From: the human T2T-CHM13v2.0 reference genome, Homo sapiens
Assembly (NCBI RefSeq): GCF_009914755.1
Contig: NC_060931.1
Reading direction: 5' to 3' (one strand)
Length of the DNA stretch: 64,000 nt
Every line of letters starts with the position of its first letter. The stretch's first letter is position 1. Below, piece after piece: positions 40,744 through 51,410 of the stretch. Made by a program: the position numbers and the translations under genes. Under the pieces are notes generated by a model. It had not been told where the DNA came from. It saw only the letters and a program-made list of their open reading frames with translations, and made no database searches.

Positions 40744-43700
40744 ACACATCTGGTGAGTGAGAAGTGAATTTGGTGTAGAGGATGAACAAACATCCCAAAG
40801 TGTTCAGGACAGGTCTACGCTGTCAAACAGGCTGCTGGATTGTTTCTGCAAAGTTTCGGAAAGTCCTTAAATTCTGAAACTTCTAGTCCACAAACTGCAT
40901 CTCCAAGACTGTCTCTTACACTCAGAATGCACAGAATCTTTGCCTGACCACCTGCCTTGTATTGGACTTGACCACTGAAGCCTGTGGTCCTGGTGTCCTT
41001 GCCAGAGTAAAGTGCAGTCTGAGCTCAGCCTCCAGGAGCCCTCTCCTCCTGGAGCCCCATTCTGCCCCGGACTTGGCCAGCTTATTTCCCTTGCTCTATG
41101 AGGCTGCCATGATGGCATCAGAAAACATAAACAATGAGTGAGATGCTGTCTGCAATCCAGCTCCTGCACCCAGCTCTGAGTTCCTGGCAGAATCCAGCCC
41201 ATACGTTACCTTTTCTGTCACTGGCCTTTTCTCCCATTTCAGTAACTTAACTCTAGAGCTCAAGAGACTCCTGGAACTTAAAATAAAATATCTAAGGGAG
41301 CAAAAAGCAGCAACCAATCATCCCAAGCAAAGCTGGCTTCCTGTCTGTGTGGGCCTGGGGCCCAGGGATACTGTAAGACATAGACTTGGGTTTGAAGAGA
41401 GTAACTGAAATATTAACACCCATACTCAGCAATGATATTACTCTGGGATATTATAATCTCTCACACTTGCTGTGTTCATGCACGTGTGTGTACGGTGACA
41501 GAGTGAGAGCACAAAATGAGTTTCAAAGAAACCTATCCCCAGATACTGATGACCTGATGCTGAGTACTAACTCTAACATTTGTCCCCTCTGAGTACACAA
41601 ATAATGGATAACAGTACATTCAACCCCATGGGGAAACACTAGGCTTTGGGTGACTGCTGGGAGTGTTAAATTTGCTTTAAAGGATTTTATGGATTCCACA
41701 GTTACCTCCTGGTTAGCAGAGCTGATGGAGGTGAACACTAGCACAAGTAACCCAAAGCCAGTGGATAATCCCTAAATCATTACCATCTGTTTTGAAATGT
41801 ACCATTTGATCATTCCTGGGAGCTGATTTGCCTTCCTAATTATGTTCTCCTTGGGCTGATGTTAAACTAACATTTCTTTCCAATAAAAATAAAACCGGCT
41901 CTTAATACTTTGTTAAATCCACTGCATATGATAACAAGACCTTGAAAAAAAAATAAAAAGGAGGCAATAAAAGACCAAAAGACAAAGAAGAAAAAGGAGG
42001 AAGGAGCCTCGTCTTTGCTTCTTATTGATTTTTCTTGCAACAGCTCATGAAGGAATTAAAAGTAGAGCCAGATCTCAGGATCTAAGCCTCCTGCATGTTC
42101 TCTACTCAGAGGAAAAAACTGCTTTCCCACCTCTAACTTGTGTATGGATACCTGTGCGTGTACACACGGCAGAGTGGCTGAGCCAGGCTCCATGCGGCTC
42201 CGTGCGTGGGATGCTGTTGACTTTCACAGTTCTAACCTGTTTCCCCTGGAGCTCCCTAACTCCTTTTAGCCCTGGTTCTTGGTCCTAATCAGTACTTCTT
42301 CCATCTGTTATTATTTTTAATGCTTCATTTGTTCAAATGGCTAATACTTGTATACGGTATGAAAGTCAAAATATACATGGAGTCGGTCTCCCTCCCCCAC
42401 CCCGTAGCCCCACTTGTTCCTCTCTGGTGGCGGCAGCTGTTACCAACGCAGCACTTTCTGCAAGTGTGTCTGGGGGCTCTGGGGGGACCAGCTCTTCTTG
42501 CTGCCCGTTGGAGTCAGCTGCTTGGGTCCAGTCCTCACAGTCACTGAGCTCTGATGTCGTGCATCCCCTTGGCATCTGAACAAGAGCTTCGAGCACACCT
42601 GTCCTCTTGGGCCTTCTGTGCCCGAGGAAAGGCACGTTCTGGCTTTGCTTCCAGCAGCCCCAATGCTGCTCCCACTCCAAGGCTGCCGCTTCTCCCTTCT
42701 CCTCTGCTCTGTGACCTCCAGTTCATGACCCCAAAGGCCTTGTCCTAGCCTCTGTCCCCTCCACTCTCATAGCAGTGTAGACTACAAGTGTGCCTCAATT
42801 TTCCCTCTGGAACTCTTAGTCCCAGGCTCAGCCCTGGCCACCTGATCCTCCTGCCACCTCTCTGAGTGTCCCTCTCCATCCCTGCTGCGTCATGCTAACT
42901 TCCTCCACGCATGCTCCAGGCATTTCTCTTCCCCTCTCTGGTTTCATTCATGCACTCCTCATCTCCATTGTGGAGGCGATGCTCAGATCCGGAACTCTAC
43001 AATCGACCCTTTTGTCAAACTCCAGACTTTATTTGCAACTCTTAGGGACAGTGCCACCAGATTGTCCCTGGCCAGATGTTGTCTAAGAGTTTAAATCCCA
43101 GCTTGTGTTCTCTCTGACACTATCCCCTCCTCTGAAGTTTAGGATTTCTAAACATAGTTTCATCATTCCTCCAGTTACCTTTACCCCTCCACACATTTCC
43201 CTCTTCCCCAGGACTGCTCATTTCTTCCTTCACACTTCCTGCCATAACCTCCCTTTTATTTCAATCCCTACGGCGACCATCTCATGCCGAGACCTTTCTG
43301 GGCCAGCATGTGAATGATGTCAGAAACCTCTTACTGGTTTTTCTTTAGCTCTCTGCCTCTCTCCTCGGGTTACTTGACAGATCATCTTCGAGACAAAGTC
43401 CCCCAGTAGGGTTTTCTCAGGCCCTTCCCCTAAACAGGGTTTTGGTTTTTGTAGCCTTGATGAGCTGTTATGAAACAGACAAGGTTCTAAAAATCCATAC
43501 CTATCCTGGCTTTCTGGTCTCAACTACTAAAACAAAATACTTGTATATACGTTTCTTGAAAACCACATTGCTGAAAGAAAACAATTATTTAGCCTGACAT
43601 GACATCCAATTCAATCTCAAACAGCTCCCGATTTACCTTTTCCACATGTCTGCTGTCTGATTTTGGTTTTACCATGCAGGGATTATAGCGTAGTTTCTGA

Positions 43701-43845
43701 GACAAAGAACCCTGGACTCATTCTGCCCAACTTTGCATCCCAGATCTTCCAAATACCTGCTGTGTCACCTTGCAAAAGTTTTAAAAAACCCTTCCAAACT
43801 TTAATTTGTACACGTGTTAATTTAAAATGGTAATGATGACACCTA

Positions 43846-44461
43846 TGAGGCAGGAAAATAGGGTCTGGAGGCGGGGAACCTAAGTCTGTTTCACATGGAC
43901 TTCCTTGAACTAAATTGAAAGGAATTACTTTCACACCTAAGTATCAAAAGGACCAGAGGCTACTACTTTTGCAAACCCCCCACCTTTTTACCTAGCAGAT
44001 GGGAAATTGGCTGTCCGCAACCAATCAGACTGATTGCAGGCGGAATCTTCGTTTGGATAGAAGTGCAACTTTGTAAGTTCACCTTAGCCTCTGATTGGTT
44101 TGCACAGGAATGTGACCTTTGTAACTTCACTTCAGCCTCTGATAGGTTGCTTTCTGCAACCAATCAGACCGATTGCAGGCCACCACTTCATTTACATGAG
44201 GTGAGCATGAAGTGGCCAATGGGAAGCCTCTCAGAGGTATTTGGATCCGAGAAGATCCTGTATCTGGGCCCTTGAGCTGTCACTCAGGCCTGCTCCCGCA
44301 CACTCCCGCACTGTGGAGTGTACTTTCGTTTTCAATAAATTCCTGCTTCTGTTCTTTCATTGCTTCATTCTTTCCTTGCTTTATTGTGCAATTTGCCCAA
44401 TTCTTTGTTCAAAACACCAAGAACCTGGACAACTTGCAGTCAAGACCCTCTACCAGTAATA
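43846..44461 (+). mobile_element. MER51 (ERV1) solo LTR inserted into a MIR
   Basis: Starts TGAGGCAGGAAAATAGGGTCTGGAGGC; repeated CCAATCAG boxes; AATAAA; 4-bp TSD CCTA; MIR halves at ~43700-43845 and 44462-44560. Confidence 0.92.
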
Positions 44462-44697
44462 CCTATATTATAAATTATGCTGTGGATTAAATGAAATAAT
44501 CAATATAAAATGTTTATCAGTTGCCTGGCATATAATAGTGCCAAATTAGTGTTCACTCTCAGTGTCACCTTTCCAAATATGAACCTCTGGTTAAGACAGA
44601 GCGACATACCCACTATCTGTCAAATAATGCTTTGTACATTCTTTCTTTTTTGGTTTTATTTGTGGTTCTTGGTCTATCTGAAAATCTGATCCCCACC

Positions 44698-45049
44698 TTT
44701 TTTTTTTTTTTTGAGACAGGGTCTTGCTCTGTTGCCCAGGCTGGACTGCAGTGACTCCACCATAGCTCACTGCAGCCTCTTACTCTTGAGCTCAAGGGAT
44801 CCTTCTGTCTCAGCCTCCCAAGTAGCTAGAATTATAGGTGCATACCACTGTGACCATATATCTATATATCTATATCTATATATCTATATCTATATCTATA
44901 TCTATATCTATATCTATATCTATGTCTATATTAGAGTCAGTGTCTCACTTTGTTTCCCAGGCTGCTCTCGAACTCCTAGGCTCATGTGATCCTCCTGCCT
45001 TGGCTTCCTAAAGTGTTGGGATTATAGATGTGAGCCATCATGCCTGGCC
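44698..45049 (-). mobile_element. AluJ with (TATATC)n expansion in the central linker (~44856-44931)
   Basis: Both Alu arms in reverse, separated by a hexamer microsatellite. Confidence 0.93.
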
Positions 45050-45109
45050 TCTCTTTTTAAAGTCCAAATTATATTTAGACTTCATGAAACCTTTCTCTGA
45101 TTCCCACTC

Positions 45110-45237
45110 CAGTGGAACAGCTCTGTATGGAATGGTAGTGGTGAAAAGGTGTCCTCATACCATTGTCCAAACCTATAGAATGTACAACAAAAGGAGTGAG
45201 CCCCAGTGTTAACTGTGAGCTTTCGTTCACAATAATG
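45110..45237 (+). mobile_element. L1MC-type 3' end, left part (host of the retrocopy)
   Basis: ttgtccaaacctatagaatgtacaacaaaaggagtgagccccagtgttaactgtgagcttt...aataatg; continues collinearly at 48515. Confidence 0.8.
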
Positions 45238-45580
45238 CACTGCCTTTCCTCCACCCTCTCCTGTCCAGTGCGCCCGAGGGAGGTGGGTGTGGAGGAATTG
45301 GAGTTTTTGGTAGCATGCACTGCAGCACTGCTTCTAGCAAATGCTGACCCTCCTGCACTCTGGCTCTGGCCCTGGTGTCTCCACAGCAATCATTGCAGTG
45401 AAGTTCTAGAGTTCTGCACAGGAGAAGGAATAAGAGGACAGGAAGAAGAGAGAGGGTAGAATGGAAGACTCCCACTTAAATCCTAACTTGTATGTCTGGC
45501 CTTGCATCCCCACCATCTCAGGGCCAATTGAGAACACCATGCTTGTCAGCAGGATGGAGGCTGAGCCCTCACCAGCTGTG

Positions 45581-45899
45581 GCCTCTTTTTTTTAAGGAAA
45601 AAAAAAGAGAGATAAAAATGCTGTGTCCAGAGGACAGGGTGGAGGAAAAAAAGGACAAAAATAAATAAAACATCAAATATGAAGATTCTCAGAGATAATG
45701 CATTTATAAACACAGAAACAGTTACAACAAAGACAGCCATGATGAGTGGGTATATACATATGTATACATGTATATGTGCAAATCCTTGTCCAGCAACCAA
45801 CCAAGGCATCTAGGGAGCTAAGGCCAGTCTTTGCATTTGCCCTGAAGGCTCCCTTCTCCACAGCACCCCTCGTTTTGGGGTTTCATGAAGAACATAAAG
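45581..45899 (-). repeat. Inverted copy of the retrocopy's distal 3'UTR inserted in its CDS (inverted-repeat arm A)
   Basis: Reverse complement aligns to 48042-48354 at ~92%; ORF track 45546+ mirrors 48141+ and 45673- mirrors 48080+. Confidence 0.97.
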
Positions 45900-48041
45900 C
45901 TCCATCTCTCCATTCTGCCCTGCTGGGAGCACCTGCCCCTGGGCCCTGGGTCCTGGACCCCTCCCTGCCCTCGGGATGGGTGTGGATGGAGGCCAAGTCA
46001 GAGCAGCTTAGCCCACGCATCCTGGTGGTCCCCATGCTGTTCACGGGGCTGACCCCTGCCAGTCCAGTCCCCTCAGGCTTTCTTGGGGCTACAGCCTGAT
46101 CGGCTCTGAACCTCCCCATCTGGCTTCCCATGATTGTCTTTGCTCCTCCCTCTGCCTCACAAGTCCTGCAGGTGGTTCGTGACCTCTCCAAGAAGATGGT
46201 GTTGGCCTAACGAGAGGGAGGTAGAAGGTGATGGAAGTGGCAGTGTGGTTTCTAATCTCCCATCCCCCACCCCAACCCCTGCCCACACAGAGGGCCAAAA
46301 GAAGCAGCAATGCTGGAATCAGGGTTGCCTGAGATAAATGAACCTTAGGCCCTCTTCCCTACGGAGAATGATGACCATCAGAAAGATGGAATGACTTACG
46401 AGAGTGAAGGGAACTGTGGCAAAAGGAAATGGACAGAGCCTTGGGTTCCTGGATTCAGATCTCAGCTCTATCACGAACTTATTATATGACCATGGGTGTA
46501 CCCTGCTTTATACAATAAGAGGGCTTCTGGAAAATGTTGACATCATATTATAAAGGTGCCAATGTGCTCACTAACATCCTACTGGAAGTTAGAGATGCTG
46601 ATGTGCTCCAAGCCCCACACCAAGGTAAGCCCCACAGGTCCCACATTCCTCCAAGACCTTTGCCAACAGCTGCTACCCCTCCAGTACCTCTGTATTCACT
46701 CAGGGCCAAGCCCTACCACTGCTCCAACTGCCAGGGGGCTTCCCACCTCCAGCAGCACACACAGATCCAGGCCAGGGATGGTCCATGTGCATGTGCCCCC
46801 GGGATGTGAGAAGGCCTTCACATACCCTCTAGCTCACTGCCTCACACACAGCAGCACAGCAGACACTAGCCCTCCAAGTGCCACAGCTATCATCCAGCAT
46901 GCATGGATGTGGCCTCATAGAGGGGCACCTGTCTACCTGTCTATGCTACAGTGAAGCACACCAAGGAGGACACCCAACTCTCTGCAGTTGGGCCTGTCCG
47001 TCTGAAACATCCCTTAGGAAACACAGGCACAAACACAGCCCTCCTGATCTCCAGCAGCATGGGCAGGTGGCAGTGACAGCAGCGGTGGCTCAGGCCCAGG
47101 TCCAGGCCTCCCAGACATAGCAGTAGCAGCCTTAGCCACCACCCATCCAGTCCCCTGCAGTATCCTCCCAGGATAGGGACAGCAATCAACCTTCCATCCC
47201 AGAGTCCCTTGACTTGACTCCCAGCAAGGTAGAGGGGCATCATAAGGACATCTGTTTCACTGTCACCACCGGCATCCTCCAGATGAGCACCTGGCCAGCT
47301 GCTCGTTGCTGGAAAGAGGAGAAAGAAGTTCTAGTCTCTTCTTTCTCCAGCATCTCTTGCTGGGAAAAGTCCTCTCCCTCCTTGACAGGTGCTGGCTCCA
47401 TCCTTGGGCTTGAGGCATGGTCTTCCTTTAAAGGGTTCCAGCCTCATCCTCATTCTCTACCCTTCTCCAAAAGGAACATCAGCCCTCCTGGCTGGCCCAG
47501 GAGCACCGGGATGGTGGTGTCATCGAGCAACCTCCCTGCCCAAGCAAAGCTTTAAAATTGGGGCTTGGTGCTCCAGGGAGGAATTTGCTGTGACTTCATA
47601 GAAAAGTCAAGTGTTAGCACTGACCCCCTACCCCCTCTTCCTCAAGGTTTGGGCCTATGGAGGACTAGCGGCTGGCCTTCCCCGATATCAGACAGAAGGA
47701 AACCCTAATGCAGCCAGCTTCCTCTTCTGCTCTTGCCTACAAAAGAACAGAGGTTTCTCATGTGCCCCAACCCCGGGACCCATTTTCTTCCCCTCACAAT
47801 CTCCCCTTACTTCCTACCTGCTCTGGAAGAAGGAGATTTGGGTGGGGAATAGATCTCCTTTTTATCTGTAAAGGGACAAGGGCTATGATATGGTTCCCAA
47901 GGGGCCAAGATTCCCAGGGTGGTCAAGGGTGTCTTAGAAGTGTGGGTTATGGTTTTCCTTGGATCCTCCCTCTCCCTTTTCTGCCAGCCAAGACCTTCTC
48001 ATCTCAATATCCCCCGCCCAGCCCCCAAGGAGCTGAGGGAG

Positions 48042-48354
48042 TTTTATGTACTCCATGAAACCCCAGAAAAGGGGCTGCTGTGGAGAAGGGAGCCTTCAGG
48101 ACAAATACAAAGACTGGCCTTAGCTCCCTAGATGCCATAGTTGGTTGCTGGGCAAGGATTTCTACATATATATGTGTACATATGTATATACCCACTCATC
48201 ATGGCTGTCTTTGTTGTAACCATTTCTGTGTTTATAAATGCATTATCTCTGAGAATCTTCATATTTGATGTTTTATTTATTTTTGTCTTTTTTTCTCCAC
48301 CCTGTCCTCTAGACACAGCATTTTTATTTCTCTTTTTTCCCTTAAAAAAAAGGC
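48042..48354 (+). repeat. Inverted-repeat arm B (native 3'UTR position)
   Basis: Partner of 45581-45899. Confidence 0.97.
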
Positions 48355-48514
48355 AGATTTCAGAGAACAGCCCAAATGAAAAAAAAAAGCAAAAAAAAAA
48401 AAGCAAGAAACCAGTTGTTATAAGGCAATTTAAAAATGAAGGGAAAGAATTTACACACAAACCGAGGGGTGATTTTAGAATATCGTATGGAAATAAATTT
48501 GTGCAGAAGAAAAA

Positions 48515-48680
48515 TGTATAGTATATCAATTTTGCCTCATCAATCGTAACAAATATACCACACCAGTGCAAGATGTTAATAATAGGATGGACAAGGAGGG
48601 GTATATGGAAGCTGTCTGTACTTTTCACTCAATTTTTCTGTAAACCTAAAACTGCTCTAAAAAACAACGTCGATTAAAAA
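48515..48680 (+). mobile_element. L1MC-type 3' end, right part
   Basis: tatcaat...catcaatcgtaacaaatataccacaccagtgcaagatgttaataatagg...ttttctgtaaacctaaaactgctctaaaaa. Confidence 0.85.
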
Positions 48681-48858
48681 CAAAGATCTGACTTGTCTCC
48701 ATGTGAGCTCCTCCAAGGCAGGGATTATTTTTACTCATTTCTTTATCTTCAGCCTGAGGCTGGTCTGGCTTGAGGATACATAAAGGACACCCTTCATCAC
48801 ATCATGTTGTGAATTCTTCTACTGTCTTTTAATCCTACAGTCAAGAGACAACGTAGTG

Positions 48859-49459
<601 letters not shown>

Positions 49460-49694
49460 AGCTTTATTTCTTTATTGCCAATTGACTTATCGAAGGAACA
49501 AGTTCTTGATAAAATATTATAAAAACAAAGAAGAGGTGATTGCTTTCTTGACCAAAAAGTGTGGCCAGAATTGGAAAGAAGGTCAGATTATTTTGTGATG
49601 AGGATAGACATAGAGAGCATCTTCAGATATGTTATTGCCTATAACATGGACTAAGCTCTGCAAATGGTAGCTGAATCTGAAATACTGTTGCATA

Positions 49695-50000
49695 ATTGTG
49701 TTAGTGGTTAGTGTTTAGTGTACAAAGGTTTTCACTTAAGTCTTCATCTTGCAGACACAACGTCTGAAACACATGACCTCTAAGGTCACTGTGGTAGAAG
49801 ATCAGGCCTAGAAATGTCTTGCATCATGTCCATTCATCCTATTGGTAGAGCTCATTCATTCATATCCATTCATCCTATTGGTAGAACTCATTCACGTGGC
49901 CCTGGCCTTACTGCAAGGGAGCCTGGGAAATAAGATTTTCCTTTGTGTGTTTAGAAAGTGGAAATGGAGTAGTAAGCACAGAGCACAGTCTCCACACGAT
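49695..50000 (-). mobile_element. Old MaLR LTR (MLT1-like) fragment
   Basis: cctattggtagaactcattcacgtggccc...actgcaagggagcctgggaaat motif. Confidence 0.6.
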
Positions 50001-51149
50001 CATCCTAACAAAAGCCTTCAGTTTCGAAAATGATTTTTTCAATTCAATTCTGTACTGGTGCAAATGAAAATGTCTAAGTGCTTTTGCTTGAAAATAAGAT
50101 ATTGATTATTTCAAATAGTGGCTGAATTGAAAGACCAAGAAGAGAAAGGGTGATCTCCCTGTAATTGAAAGAGAGAAGACCAGTTTCTTCTATAATAAAT
50201 TATTTGAAGTAGGGCTTCGACATTTTAATAATGATAAAGAAAACCGTCTCGTTCACTTCAGCCAATCCCCAAAGAAAATGGTCTTCTCTGAAACTATGGA
50301 AAAAAATGTCAAAAGTGAAAATCCATCTCTGTCTGCAAGTTAAAAGTGAAGAATGATATAATTTTGCCAAAGAACCAAAGCCAGAAGTCACTGTGAGATG
50401 TGGAACTAGAATAACTGGAGGAACTTCCCAAGTTTAGACCACACTCAACACACACATTCACTTCACTCCTTGGTAGAAGTTCATTAAAACAATTGGATTG
50501 ACAGATGACCAGATCAGTGTTTTCATCTTTAGCCCGCATAGTCCAAAGCAAATACATAAATCAATGAGAACATCTTGAGGAACCAAGTGGTCTGGAATCC
50601 TTTGGTTTATCAGAATTTCAATTACTCTTATTATTTGTTTGATTTAGCAAAGCCAGCCTAATTTAATTTGTACATTTATGATAATACTCTTTTGGTGCTA
50701 GATAATCATCTTGTAGCTCATTAGGTAATTTTCATAACAAATATTTATCATCAAACCTACTCAATCCCAGCCCAGCCAGCGGAGGTGCAGAGGTGACCAG
50801 CGTGCCTCTTGTTCCCCACCCTCTGTTCACACACAGAGCCCAGGCACAGGACTGGGTCCATGGAACAGGCCAGATGCAATGGTCTTCTTTCTATTTGTGC
50901 ACGATTTCTTCCTCAAGTACTCATCTCCTCCCTCTTACTAGCTGTTGAAAGCAGAATCATAGCTTCCTCACTCACAAACTATCCAGAGAGTTACAGAGAT
51001 TTTTATAAACCTTTTGGCATGGTGACTCCCTTGTTGTAAACTCTGTTATTATTTGCTTCCTCTCCTGTTTCCCATGATATCATAGTTTGGAAAGGGGGCT
51101 CCCAAGGGCAACAGCTAAGCCTTCCAGAGGCCATGAAAGGAAGACAAAG

Positions 51150-51410
51150 GAAATGAAGCACTCACTGAGCACCTTTCATGGGCCAAAGATCTCAGCCACA
51201 TCTGCTTCAGATTCAGGATTCCCTTTATCCTCTGCAGGAAGCTGAGGGAGAAGGTATTATCTTCCTCTTGCAGATGAAGAGTTTGAGGCTTAAAGAGGGT
51301 GAGAGTCTTGATCAAGGTCAAGGTCACACAGCTGGTAGGCTAGAGCTGGGATTAGATCTTATATCCACAGAGTTCCGTGGCCAGTGCTCTTTCTGCTACT
51401 CTCTGCTGCA
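51150..51410 (-). mobile_element. MIR
   Basis: ttgcagatgaagagtttgaggcttaaagagggtga...aaggtcacacagct. Confidence 0.8.

Larger units (their letters stand above)
45238..48514 (+). pseudogene. ZNF384: Processed pseudogene of ZNF384 (CIZ/NMP4): 5'UTR, decayed CDS (ATG 45461 to ~47303), 3'UTR, AATAAA 48492-48497, short A remnant
   Basis: MEDSHLNPNLYVWPCIPTISGPIENTM matches the recalled ZNF384 N-terminus MEESHFNSNPYFWPSIPTVSGQIENTM. Also PMIV..PP..Q.LQVV.DLSKK, DDHQKDG.TY, C2H2 remnants (KPYHCSNCQ, SHLQQHT, PGCEKAFT), SETSLRKHRHKHSPPDLQQ and HHKDICFTVTTG. Intronless, with many stops and frameshifts, and it splits an L1. Confidence 0.93.

Noticed and set aside
45586-45593. T-run read as the poly(A) tail of a second independent ZNF384 retro-insertion
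   Set aside because: It matches an internal A-run of the 3'UTR (~48344-48351), ~140 nt before the AATAAA. There is no TSD and both junctions show microhomology. Disfavoured but not formally excluded.
45461-47303. Functional ZNF384 paralogue or retrogene
   Set aside because: Multiple stops and frameshifts, lost Cys/His ligands, and a 315-bp insertion after about codon 41.
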